A DNA stretch of 43,718 nucleotides from Thermoplasmata archaeon. Its GTDB lineage: Archaea > Thermoplasmatota > Thermoplasmata > Lutacidiplasmatales > UBA184. Position 1 is the stretch's first letter, and each line of letters opens with the position of its first letter. The notes under the pieces are model-generated. The model did no database searches and was not told the DNA's origin. It was given only the letters and a program-made list of their open reading frames with translations. The stretch lies in contig JAKAOB010000003.1 in NCBI GenBank assembly GCA_021812305.1, positions 1 to 43,718 of the forward strand, in the 5' to 3' direction. The position numbers and the translations under genes were made by a program. Below, in pieces: positions 1 to 8,938 of the stretch.

Positions 1-1
1 A

Positions 2-676
2 TCTCGGCGACGGGGAGGGCGGCCCGCCCCGCCCGGTGGGGGCCGACGGCCGGAAGGAGGTCACCTCTGCGTGGAGGACGGGCAGGTGGCGGTGAAGCTG
101 GGCCGTAAGGTCGTGAACGCTGTCCCGGAGTATCGTCCCGTAGAGGTCGATCGACAGGGCATGCTGCCGCTCCCGGTGGGTGCGACGAACGGCGAACTCG
201 AGACGGTTCCCGTGCGGGTCCGCCACGCGGGCCGCCAGCTCGCGGGCCCCCGCCATCGCCTTCCACTCGCTCATACGAAGCGCGTCCAGGAACTGACGCA
301 CCGGCTCCACCTGGGGGCCGCCCGGGACGTGGCGGAGCGGCAGCCAGCCGCCCGGCCGCACCTCCCAGTGTTCGACCCGCCGCCAACCGGCCGCGGAGCA
401 CGCCTCGAGGACCCCGGCGACCAGGGTCAGCAGGTCCCCCTCCTCGATGACCTCCGCCTCGCGGAGGGCCTCCTCGATCGCGCGGAGCCCAGGGATCCGC
501 GTCGTGCGCTCGGTCCCGGGGACGAGGTCGACCTCGACGTGGACGTGCTCCATCGACCGGTGGGACGGTCGGGTCCCCCGCCCCGCCCCGACGAGCGGCC
601 ACGTCAGGAACGAGACCGGTCCGGTGAGGTCCGGTGCGGAGAGGGGGGGTGTCGCGGGGGCCTGCCGTCGCGTCAT
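2..676 (-). CDS. Hypothetical protein, 3' end runs off the window edge
   Basis: ATG at 676 opens a frame (MTRRQAPATPPLSAPDLTGPVSFLTWPLVG...HVEVDLVPGTE...LHAEVTSFRPS) with no stop seen before position 1, so it is missing from the ORF track. Composition looks globular and codon usage is host-like. Confidence 0.5.
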   Translation of the reverse strand, partial: MTRRQAPATPPLSAPDLTGPVSFLTWPLVGAGRGTRPSHRSMEHVHVEVDLVPGTERTTRIPGLRAIEEALREAEVIEEGDLLTLVAGVLEACSAAGWRRVEHWEVRPGGWLPLRHVPGGPQVEPVRQFLDALRMSEWKAMAGARELAARVADPHGNRLEFAVRRTHRERQHALSIDLYGTILRDSVHDLTAQLHRHLPVLHAEVTSFRPSAPTGRGGPPSPSPR

Positions 677-790
677 CCCCCCGCCTGTCGCACCGCTCCC
701 CTATGATGCTTTGCGGGAGGGACGGGGCGTTCGAAGGAACCCCCGTGCGGGAGGTACACCGCCGGAGCCGTGGCCCTTCCGGTCCGCCCT

Positions 791-1330
791 TCACGCGGGG
801 GCGGTCGGGTCGAACCGCCGGCCGAGGAGGACCTCCCCCCGTACGAGCCGCATCCGGCTGCGCAGCCCCCAGGCGCCGAGGCCGCCCTCGCGGAACCCCG
901 CCTCGTCCCGTTCCACGAGCCGGAACCCGCGGGAACGGAACAGCGCGATCGACGGGGCGTTGTCCGCCTCCGCCGCCGCGAAGACCACCTCGGCTCCGGT
1001 CGAGAGGAAGTGGGCGAGCGCATCGTCGAGGAGGACTCCGCCGATCCCGTGGCGGCGGTGCGCCGCTCCGACGGCCAGGTAGAAGACGTAGCCGGCCTCC
1101 GGGGCCAGCCGGTCGAGCATCGCGACCCCGAGCAGCTCGCCGTTCTTCTCAGCCCCACGCACGAGCGGGACCTCCCGCAAGGTGCGTTTCGCATGCCACC
1201 GATAGTAGCCGTGGAACGACTCCCGCACGAGCGGGATCGCCCGCTCCCGCCCCGGCCCGGTCAAGGTCGAAACGCGGACCTCCGCCGGGGGCGACACGGC
1301 TGCGCGCCCCCACCGGACGGGTGCGCGCAT
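791..1330 (-). CDS. GNAT family N-acetyltransferase
   Basis: Acetyl-CoA motif A (YLAVGAAHRRHGIGGVLL) and motif B (NAPSIALFRSRGF). Start taken at ATG 1330 within ORF 791..1798. Confidence 0.85.
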   Translation of the reverse strand: MRAPVRWGRAAVSPPAEVRVSTLTGPGRERAIPLVRESFHGYYRWHAKRTLREVPLVRGAEKNGELLGVAMLDRLAPEAGYVFYLAVGAAHRRHGIGGVLLDDALAHFLSTGAEVVFAAAEADNAPSIALFRSRGFRLVERDEAGFREGGLGAWGLRSRMRLVRGEVLLGRRFDPTAPA

Positions 1331-1409
1331 ATCGCTGTCGGTCGCCGGTCGAACCGGTTTCACGCGGCCTACTTGTACTTCGCTCCCCGATGCGGGCCGG
1401 AGGAACCCC

Positions 1410-2273
1410 ATGTCGGCGAACCTTTCGGTCGGGGGACCGAGTCCGCTCGCGGGCAGCCCCACCAGCGCGTGGGGGGCCGGCCATCTCCGCGACGCGCTTC
1501 GAAGCTTCGAAACCCTGCTGCTGATCGCACTGGCCGTCTCGATCGTCGTGGTCGCCCAGGATGCGCTCAGCTGGGCGGGCGTTTTTTCCCTGCACGTCGC
1601 CGCCGGTCCCCGCCCCTTCGCCGACTGGTGGTCGATCGGGGTCGCGGTCGGTCTACAGGTCGCCCTGGGCCTCACGATCGCGATCCTCGTGATCATCGGG
1701 ATCGTGGTCGCCATCACGGGGCTCCTCGCGTGGAGGCGCGGCGTCGCGGCGATGGTTGAGGGAAGTCCCGAGTTCGGACCCGAGCAGGTCGTGGCCACCC
1801 GCAGGGCCCGGGAGGATCACTCGCTCACGCTGTGGCTGTTCCTCGTCTACGTGGTCGTGGCCGCGGCGGTCTCGGCCGCGTTCGCCGGCATCAACGCCAC
1901 CCTCTCGGCCGCCTCCGCGGGCGCGTGGCCCGAGGTCGTCGGCTCGGTCGTGACGGGCGTGGCCACGAGCGGCGTGCTCGTCGCCATCTACTACTTCGGT
2001 GCCCGCCACCTGATCGGCATGATCTACGGGGTCTCGACCCCGAACGGACGCACCCTCCTCGTGCGGGGCCGGGACCGCATGGTCTGGGGAGCCGTCCTCG
2101 GCACGGCCGTCGCACTGGCCCCCTTGACCCGGGTCTTCGACCTGGTGGCCGTGATCTCGCTGGCCGTGATCCTGAGCGGAGCCCGTGATGTCCGAACGGC
2201 GTACGACCTGTGGCTCGCCGGTCACGGCGGATCGGTCGCGCCGACCGGCGGCCCCCTCGCCGTTCCGTCCTGA
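1410..2273 (+). CDS. Multi-pass membrane protein of unknown function
   Basis: About 6 long hydrophobic segments in 287 aa. Confidence 0.75.
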   Translation: MSANLSVGGPSPLAGSPTSAWGAGHLRDALRSFETLLLIALAVSIVVVAQDALSWAGVFSLHVAAGPRPFADWWSIGVAVGLQVALGLTIAILVIIGIVVAITGLLAWRRGVAAMVEGSPEFGPEQVVATRRAREDHSLTLWLFLVYVVVAAAVSAAFAGINATLSAASAGAWPEVVGSVVTGVATSGVLVAIYYFGARHLIGMIYGVSTPNGRTLLVRGRDRMVWGAVLGTAVALAPLTRVFDLVAVISLAVILSGARDVRTAYDLWLAGHGGSVAPTGGPLAVPS

Positions 2274-2503
2274 TCGGGGTGGAGATCGGGCACCGGTCGT
2301 CGTCGACCCGCGGTCGCTCGTCGGGCGAAAGGGCGCCTCCGCGCGCTCGAGGCCCGGTCCCGGATCCGTCGACGTTCGGGACCCCCGGCCGATCGGGGTC
2401 CCCCCCGCTCCCCGAGGTGCGCGCCGGGCGGACGGACCGGTCCGACCGATAATTTAACGGACCCGAGCCCCCCTCCCCTTCCGTCCCGGGAGGGACGACG
2501 ACC

Positions 2504-3154
2504 GTCAACCTGCGCCTGAGTCTCAGCGTCTTCAAGGTCGGCTTCGCCGTCGAGAGCGCCAGCGGCTTCCTTGCGCTGGCCACCGGGGGGACCGACCTCC
2601 CGCTGCACGGGGACCTGGTCCTGCTCAGCCCCCTGTTCTCGGTCCTTGGGCTCCTGTTCCTGTGGGTCGGCCGCCACGAATGGAACGAGATCCACGTGCG
2701 GCGGGTCGGCCACGCGAACCTCGCCTTCGGGGCCAGCCTGATCGCCGCGGGTCTCGCGGCGGCACCCGTGGCGTACCTGACGCTCGTGGGGGCATCGCCG
2801 GCGCCCGGATGGCTGGCCCTCGAGTTCGGCGGGGCGGTCGCGGCGGTGTTCGCCGTGACGTTCGTGACCTACGCCCTGGTGGCCGCGCACCTGGTGGGTC
2901 GGCCCGGCGAGATCGCGATGGGGCTGGGCCTGGCCTGGGCCGTCATCGTTTCCGCGCTGATCGGGCTCGCCCTGTCTCCGCAGCTCGATGTGATCGTACG
3001 CTCCGTGGCCGCGCGCTCCGTGTCGTTCGCCCCGATCGCCCACCCGATCGCGCTCTTGGACTCCCTGCTCGGCTTCAGCTATCTGGCGTTCTTCGTGGCC
3101 TTCGCCGACGCGCACTACCGGGTCGCCCGGGGCCGGGTCGTCGCTCCGGGATGA
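2504..3154 (+). CDS. Multi-pass membrane protein, probable non-canonical start (start position approximate)
   Basis: Frame is open from 2453. Hydrophobic, coding-like sequence (NLRLSLSVFKVGFAVE...LLFLWVGRHEWNEIH) precedes the first GTG at 2696. GGAGG lies at 2489-2493 and an AT-rich box at 2449-2457. Confidence 0.7.
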   Translation, partial: VNLRLSLSVFKVGFAVESASGFLALATGGTDLPLHGDLVLLSPLFSVLGLLFLWVGRHEWNEIHVRRVGHANLAFGASLIAAGLAAAPVAYLTLVGASPAPGWLALEFGGAVAAVFAVTFVTYALVAAHLVGRPGEIAMGLGLAWAVIVSALIGLALSPQLDVIVRSVAARSVSFAPIAHPIALLDSLLGFSYLAFFVAFADAHYRVARGRVVAPG

Positions 3155-3270
3155 CCCGGATGCCGGCGTCGGTCCGGCCCGCAGAGCGCCGGCTTCCGCC
3201 ACCGCGGACGCCGCGTCGTCGAGGTTAAGGGCAGCGATGCTCCTCGCGCCGGGCGGGAGCCCGGGTTCGG

Positions 3271-4680
3271 ATGAAGCCCCGCTGGATCGTGCTCGGTGCG
3301 GCCTCCCTCGCCCTGTTGCTGGCCGTGCCCATCGGGACCACCACGGCCCGCCTGCCGGTTCCCGTGACCCCCTGGGGCCCGGGGTCGACGCACATCAACC
3401 ACGTCATCACGGTCGTGATGGAGAACCGGGTGTACGACACCTACTTCGGCCAGTACTGCACGGTGCTCGGGCCCTACTGCTCCTCGACCGGGAACGGCAT
3501 CCCGCCCGGGACCTGCGTTCCCAACAGCCCCGGCAACGCGTCCGGCCCGTGCACCGTCCCGTTCGCCTTCAACGCGACCCAGCTGCAGACGAACGACATG
3601 GAGCACGACTGGTTGAGCGGGCGCCTCGCGTGGAACAACGGGTCGATGAACGGGTTCTACAACGCCGAGGCCAGCGGATCCGAACCGTTCGGGCACTACA
3701 ACGGCTCCACCATCCCGATCTACTGGGACATGGCGGAGGAGTACGCGATCAGCGACAACCTCTTCGCCGGGAACCTCTCGTACTCGCTCCCGAACCACTG
3801 GGACCTCATCGGCGGCGGCGCGCCCGCGGTCACGGCCTACTCGTACCTCGGCGGGAGCGGGGACCGCGGGCTCTACCTCAACGAGTCGAACGGCACCGCC
3901 ACCGTAGAGGACCTGCTCAACGGCACGGGGATCTCCTGGAAGTACTACGACTGGAGCCTGTGGCCCTACGGCCGCGCGACGCAGAACCTCAACGTCGTCG
4001 GGAACGGGTCGGCGTACAATTACTGGAACCCGATGGCCGCGCGCGCCGAGTCCTACTCGTCCTGGTACGACGCGCACTTCGTCCCGCGCAACGACTTCTT
4101 CTCGGACGCCCGGGACGGAACCCTCCCCGCGATCTCCTGGGTGATCCCGTCCTTCGACGCCTCCGACCACGCGCCGGCCAACGTGTCGGCCGGCGAGGCC
4201 TGGGTCGCGTCGGTCGTCAATGCCGTGGAGGCCTCGCCCGACTGGTCCTCCACCGCGATCTTCATCGTGTGGGACGACTACGGCGGATGGTACGACCATG
4301 TCGCGCCGCCCCGACTGTACGGCAACCTGCTGTCGTTCCGATCCCCGGCGATCGTCATCGGCCCCTACGCCAAGGAGAACTACATCAGCCACACGTTCCT
4401 CGACTTCTTCTCGCTGCTCCACTTCGTCGAGTGGCGCTTCCATCTCGGCTGCCTGACGGCCCTCGACTGCACGGCACCGCTTCCGTTCGACTTCTTCAAC
4501 TTCAACCAGACGGCCCGCGCTCCGTGGTACTTCCCGGTGGACTGGACCCAAGCGACCTATCCGGAGCCATTGCAAGGCGGAGGAAGCCCGCCGCCGACCG
4601 GGCCACCGGGCGAAGGCCCCGTGAACCCGCTTCCGCCGACCCACCTGGTCCGGTACTACCGGCTCATCGATCCGAGCTGA
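3271..4680 (+). CDS. Secreted phosphoesterase (phospholipase C / acid phosphatase AcpA family)
   Basis: Signal peptide, then motifs HVITVVMENRVYDTYFG, SLPNH and IVWDDYGGWYDHVAPP. Confidence 0.9.
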   Translation: MKPRWIVLGAASLALLLAVPIGTTTARLPVPVTPWGPGSTHINHVITVVMENRVYDTYFGQYCTVLGPYCSSTGNGIPPGTCVPNSPGNASGPCTVPFAFNATQLQTNDMEHDWLSGRLAWNNGSMNGFYNAEASGSEPFGHYNGSTIPIYWDMAEEYAISDNLFAGNLSYSLPNHWDLIGGGAPAVTAYSYLGGSGDRGLYLNESNGTATVEDLLNGTGISWKYYDWSLWPYGRATQNLNVVGNGSAYNYWNPMAARAESYSSWYDAHFVPRNDFFSDARDGTLPAISWVIPSFDASDHAPANVSAGEAWVASVVNAVEASPDWSSTAIFIVWDDYGGWYDHVAPPRLYGNLLSFRSPAIVIGPYAKENYISHTFLDFFSLLHFVEWRFHLGCLTALDCTAPLPFDFFNFNQTARAPWYFPVDWTQATYPEPLQGGGSPPPTGPPGEGPVNPLPPTHLVRYYRLIDPS

Positions 4681-4758
4681 AGCGGAGACGGGGCCCGGCG
4701 GCCGAGGGCCCGTTCGGCGTCGGTGGGAGATTTAGACCGGGCCGGCGTGGGGGCCGGT

Positions 4759-4974
4759 GTGACGCCGCGGGAACGCGAACTGCTCACCGGCATGGGCAAC
4801 TGCTTCGAGGCGTGCGGCGCGGACTTCGACGGCACCGTGCGCATGGTCGCCGAGGCTCGCCGCCTCGAGCCGACGGAGGTCCGACGGCTCCTCACCGAGA
4901 TCCGCACGCAGTGTGCCGACGATCCCGAGTTCGTGCGACTGCGCGGACGCCTGCCGCCGGAGTTCCCCCTGTAG
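4759..4974 (+). CDS. Small hypothetical helical protein, first gene of a 3-gene cluster
   Basis: MTPRERELLTGMGNCFEACGADF...; ends 7 nt before the next gene. An alternative start lies at 4723. Confidence 0.6.
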   Translation: MTPRERELLTGMGNCFEACGADFDGTVRMVAEARRLEPTEVRRLLTEIRTQCADDPEFVRLRGRLPPEFPL

Positions 4975-4981
4975 GGAGACG

Positions 4982-5878
4982 ATGACGAAGTGCCCGGCCT
5001 GCCTCGAACGGTTCGGTCCGGACGGGCAGCGGGCCCTCGCCGAGCATCTGGCGACGCGGGCCGGGGCGAGCGACAGCGACCATGTCCGTTGGCTCAACCA
5101 GAACGTGGGCCGCCGCCGCACGGACGCCGCGGGGATCCTCCGGGCCCTCGTCCCGGTCTTCTCGGTCGGCCCCGGGGGCCTCGCCGGTTGGATCCGGGGG
5201 CGGTTCGTCTCGAAGTTCTTCGGGGCCGTGCCGCATCCGTTCGTCGCGGCCCTCCAGCGGCCGGCCCGCCCGGTGCTCTTGGGCTACGTGGTCGAACACC
5301 AGCACTTCCTGCGGCAATGGGTACGATCCTGCGCCCACATCACCGCCGCCACTGACGACCCCGACGTGATCCGCTACGAGCTCGACAACCTCGTCACGGA
5401 GTTCGGTGGCAGCGGCCCCGACCGCCCCTCGCACTACGAGCTCCTCCTGCGCATGGGCGAGGGTCTCGGGCTCCCGCGCGACCGGGTGCTCGCGACGCCC
5501 CCGCTTCCCGCGACCCGGCGGGCGATCGATGGCTGGGAGGCGATCGCACGGAACGAGCCGTGGGTCGAGACCATGGCGGCGATGCATTCGCTCGAGCTCA
5601 TCGCCCACCGGGACCTCGTCCGGGACGGGGCGACCCTGCACTACTTCGACCCCGCGATCCTGGACGACGGCACGCTCGCTTCGGCGGCCCGCGCGTTCCT
5701 GCGCGAGGGGTACGACGCCGACGTCGGCCACTCGGAAGAGGCCCTCGCGCTGATCGCGCGCCACGCAACGGACGCGGCGGCCCGGGAGGATCTCCAGTCG
5801 ACGTTCCTCCGCTCGATCGACCTCTTCGACGACTACCTCATCGCGCGCCTCCAGCGGGCGAACGACTATGCGGCGTAA
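4982..5878 (+). CDS. C2H2-type Zn finger fused to a TenA/PqqC (heme-oxygenase-like fold) domain
   Basis: N-terminal CPAC...LAEH...H. Helical domain with NLVTE, SHYELL, LE and DVGH, typical of PqqC/CADD-like metal ligands. Confidence 0.8.
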   Translation: MTKCPACLERFGPDGQRALAEHLATRAGASDSDHVRWLNQNVGRRRTDAAGILRALVPVFSVGPGGLAGWIRGRFVSKFFGAVPHPFVAALQRPARPVLLGYVVEHQHFLRQWVRSCAHITAATDDPDVIRYELDNLVTEFGGSGPDRPSHYELLLRMGEGLGLPRDRVLATPPLPATRRAIDGWEAIARNEPWVETMAAMHSLELIAHRDLVRDGATLHYFDPAILDDGTLASAARAFLREGYDADVGHSEEALALIARHATDAAAREDLQSTFLRSIDLFDDYLIARLQRANDYAA

Positions 5879-6176
5879 CTACACCGGCTGCGCGATCTGC
5901 GACTCCACCTGGGGCGACGTCTGGGCCGAGGTCGAGGGCGAGCGCCTGTTCTTCTGCTGCGGGATCTGCGTCACGCAGTTCCGGCATCTGGTCGACCGCA
6001 TCAAGGCGTCCACCGGCTGGCCGACGGTCGACGCGATCGAGATCTCGGGCGACCGGCGCGGCCGTCGGTGCGTGGCCGCCCACGGCGCCGACCGCTTCGG
6101 CTGCTTCGTCGCCTTCAACGCCGACGGCGACGTCCGGGAATTCCGTCCGGAAGCCCCCCCGTCCGTCAGCCGATAG
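5868..6176 (+). CDS. TA0938-family Cys-rich (Zn-binding) protein
   Basis: GCAICDSTWG...EGERLFFCCGIC...TGW matches my recollection of the Thermoplasma Ta0938 pattern. Overlaps the upstream stop codon. Confidence 0.8.
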   Translation: MRRNYTGCAICDSTWGDVWAEVEGERLFFCCGICVTQFRHLVDRIKASTGWPTVDAIEISGDRRGRRCVAAHGADRFGCFVAFNADGDVREFRPEAPPSVSR

Positions 6177-7350
6177 CGTCGGGCACCGATCGGAGCAGTG
6201 TCGCGTCGCACGACGCGAGGTCCGCAATTCCCGCAAGGGCCAAGGTGAGGTCGATTTCGGCGAGAAACCGCTCGACGACCGTCCGGACCCCGTTCTCGCC
6301 CCCGAGCGCCAGCCCCCAGGCGTACGGCCGCCCGAGGAGCACGGCCCGCGCGCCGAGCGCCAGCGCCTTGACCGCGTCCGCGCCCCGGCGGAGCCCGCTG
6401 TCGAAGAGGACGGGGACACGGCCGCCCGCCGCCCGGACGACGCCCGGCAGCGCCGCGAGCGCCGGGATGCTGCCGTCGACCTGACGGCCTCCGTGGTTCG
6501 AGACCACGATCGCCGACGCCCCGACGTCGACCGCCCGCGCGGCGTCCTCCGCGCGGAGGACCCCTTTGAGGACGATCGGGAGGCGGGTGCGCTCGCGCAG
6601 GAAGCCAAGGTCCGGCCAGGTGAGCGTGGGATCGAGCGCCAGCCCGAGGAACTGGGCCGCGGCCCCCGCGGGATCCTCCTCGGGCGGACGCCCCAAGCGG
6701 GAGCGGAAGACCGGGTCGCTCAGATAGTTCGCGACCCCCTCGCCGCGCAGGAACGGCAGGTAGCCGCGCTCGAGGTCCCGCTCCCTCCAGCCGAGCAGCT
6801 TCGTGTCGAGGGTCACGACGATCGCAGCGTGACCCGAGCGCTCCGCCCGGGCGACGAGGCTCGCATTGAGCTCCCGGTCCCGGCTCCAGTAGAGCTGGAA
6901 CCATCGGGGTCCGTCGCCCATCTCACGGGCGACCTCCTCGATCGGATGGGAGGAGGCGCAGCTGAGGACGAACGGGACCCCGACCGCGGCCGCGGCCCGG
7001 GCGGCCGCGAGCTCTCCCTCGGGGTGGACGATCGAGAGCACGCCGATCGGCGCCAGCAGCACGGGCGCCGGTAGCACGCGGCCCAACAGCTCGACGGCCA
7101 GACTCCGACGGTCGACATCGGTCAGCACCCGAGGGAGGATCTCCCACCGATCGAACGCCCGGAGGTTCGCGCGGGCCGTCCGTTCGCCGCCCGCGCCGCC
7201 CGCGACGTAGTCGAACGCCGTCCCGGGCAGTTTCTGCCGCGCGGCCGCCTCGAGCTCTTCGTACGCGAAGGGCAGCGGGGAGCGCTCCCCGCGCAGGTAC
7301 ACCTGGGACTGGTACTCCGCCCCGAACCCCCCGTAGTCCGCCCGCGCCAG
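6166..7350 (-). CDS. FMN-dependent alpha-hydroxy acid oxidase (lactate 2-monooxygenase-like)
   Basis: Motifs FDYVAGGAG, WFQLY, VTLD, LKG, VSNHGGRQ, DSGLRRG and GRP. Probable CTG start at 7350. Confidence 0.9.
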   Translation of the reverse strand: MARADYGGFGAEYQSQVYLRGERSPLPFAYEELEAAARQKLPGTAFDYVAGGAGGERTARANLRAFDRWEILPRVLTDVDRRSLAVELLGRVLPAPVLLAPIGVLSIVHPEGELAAARAAAAVGVPFVLSCASSHPIEEVAREMGDGPRWFQLYWSRDRELNASLVARAERSGHAAIVVTLDTKLLGWRERDLERGYLPFLRGEGVANYLSDPVFRSRLGRPPEEDPAGAAAQFLGLALDPTLTWPDLGFLRERTRLPIVLKGVLRAEDAARAVDVGASAIVVSNHGGRQVDGSIPALAALPGVVRAAGGRVPVLFDSGLRRGADAVKALALGARAVLLGRPYAWGLALGGENGVRTVVERFLAEIDLTLALAGIADLASCDATLLRSVPDAIG

Positions 7351-7441
7351 CCGAATCCCCGGAGGGCCAACGCCTCCGACGATAAGGTAGTTTGTTCGCG
7401 GCCCGGGGCTTTGGCGCCGGCCGGGGGTGCCGGCCGCAGGG

Positions 7442-8200
7442 TCAACGGACGTCGTCCAGGTGGCCCACGAGCGCCTGGGCCGATGGGGCATGGGACCGGT
7501 ACGGGGCGTGGACCGGCCCGAGCGCCTCGGCCAGGATCGGGAACGCACGGCTTGTTCCGATCCGGTCGGCGCCGGCCCGGACCAGCGCTCCGACCTCCGC
7601 AAGGGACCGCACCCCGCCGGTGGCGTCGATGCCCAGGCGGTGGTCGACCGCCGCACGGAGCCGGCGGACATCCTCGACCGAGACCGGGCGGGGACCGCAG
7701 CCCGTGCCGGTCGCGACGAGATCGGCACCGGCGTCCGCGATCAACTGTCCGGCGCGTCCGATCTGCTCGGTCGTAAGGTACCCGGTCTCGACGGTCACCC
7801 GGAACACACGACCGGGAAGCGCGTGGACCCGCTCCGCGGCCGCGCGCAGCTCCGAGGTCACGGGGTCAGAGTCCCGGGAGCGCAGGGCGCCGATGTTCAT
7901 CACGAGGTCGACCTCCTGCGCCCCCGCCGCGAGCGCCTGCTCCACCTCCGCGACCTTCGTGGCCGTCTCCGAGCAGCCGAACGGGTAGCCGGCCACGGTG
8001 CCGATGCGGGTGGCGCTGCCCCGGGCGATGTCGGAGGCCGTGCGGACCCAGAACGGTTCGACCAGGCAGACCGCAAAGCGGTCGGCGATGACGCGGTGAC
8101 AGAACGCCTCGACGTCCTGGACCGTCGCCTCCGGCCGAAGCAGGCGCGGTTCCAAGATGCGGCGGAGGTCCGCGACGCGAAACGGGTGCATGGCCCACAT
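7442..8200 (-). CDS. deoC: Deoxyribose-phosphate aldolase (DeoC) homolog lacking the catalytic lysines
   Basis: VAGYPFG, TKVAE, GAQEVDLVMN, ETGYL and AGADRIGTS are present. The canonical FVKTSTG, LKVI and VKASGG read LVATGTG, FRVT and IDATGG. Confidence 0.8.
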   Translation of the reverse strand: MWAMHPFRVADLRRILEPRLLRPEATVQDVEAFCHRVIADRFAVCLVEPFWVRTASDIARGSATRIGTVAGYPFGCSETATKVAEVEQALAAGAQEVDLVMNIGALRSRDSDPVTSELRAAAERVHALPGRVFRVTVETGYLTTEQIGRAGQLIADAGADLVATGTGCGPRPVSVEDVRRLRAAVDHRLGIDATGGVRSLAEVGALVRAGADRIGTSRAFPILAEALGPVHAPYRSHAPSAQALVGHLDDVR

Positions 8201-8251
8201 CCGCCCCGAGGAGGGAGCCTCCCGGGGGATGAGTCCGGGGTCAACCGGCGT

Positions 8252-8782
8252 TCACGCCCGGGCCGGTACGCGACGAGGGGGTCGGGCGCCCCCGGGCGCC
8301 CCCGAGCCGCCCGCCGCCCGCCCCCCGTCACGGCGGGCAGCGCGGCCCGCCTCGATGAGCGGGACGACGAGGACCGGGCAGAGCGACTCGTGGACCAGCC
8401 GGCGCGAGGTGCTGCCGAGGGACGGGCGCGTCCCGAAGGAGAGCCCGCGGCCGCCGACGACCATGACGTCCGTGGCCCGCCGGCGCGCGAAGCTTAGCAG
8501 CTCCTCCGCGGGATCTCCCGCGAGGAGTACCGTCTCCACCCGAGGCACGCCCGCCGACCGGGCCTGCCGCTCGGCCGACGAGAGCAGGGCGCGGAGCGCC
8601 TGCTCCTCCCGGGTCGCGGGAACCGCGGCGCGCACCAGGCGCTCGACGGCCCCCGCCCGCACCGGCTGGACCGAGAGGATCGCGAGCTCGGATCCGAAGC
8701 GCGCGGCGAGGTCGATCGCCGCTGCGAGGGCGCGCTGGGCCGGAGCCGAGCCGTCGACCCCTACGAGGATGCGGCGGTACAT
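8252..8782 (-). CDS. Universal stress protein (UspA family)
   Basis: MYRRILVGVDGS...GDPAEELL...DVMVVGGRG...LGSTSRRLVHESLCPVLVV. Confidence 0.92.
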   Translation of the reverse strand: MYRRILVGVDGSAPAQRALAAAIDLAARFGSELAILSVQPVRAGAVERLVRAAVPATREEQALRALLSSAERQARSAGVPRVETVLLAGDPAEELLSFARRRATDVMVVGGRGLSFGTRPSLGSTSRRLVHESLCPVLVVPLIEAGRAARRDGGRAAGGSGAPGGARPPRRVPARA

Positions 8783-8938
8783 GGTGCCCACCGAGGAGAG
8801 ATGGGGGTTGGCCCAAGAACTGTCCGTCAAATCGGCGAGACCCGTCCGGTCCGCGGGGCCCGTCGAGCCGGGTTTCCGAAGGGTTCTTGGCCGCGGGACC
8901 CGAGTCTCCGCCCGACCGAGGCGACCCGGAGGGTGTCG

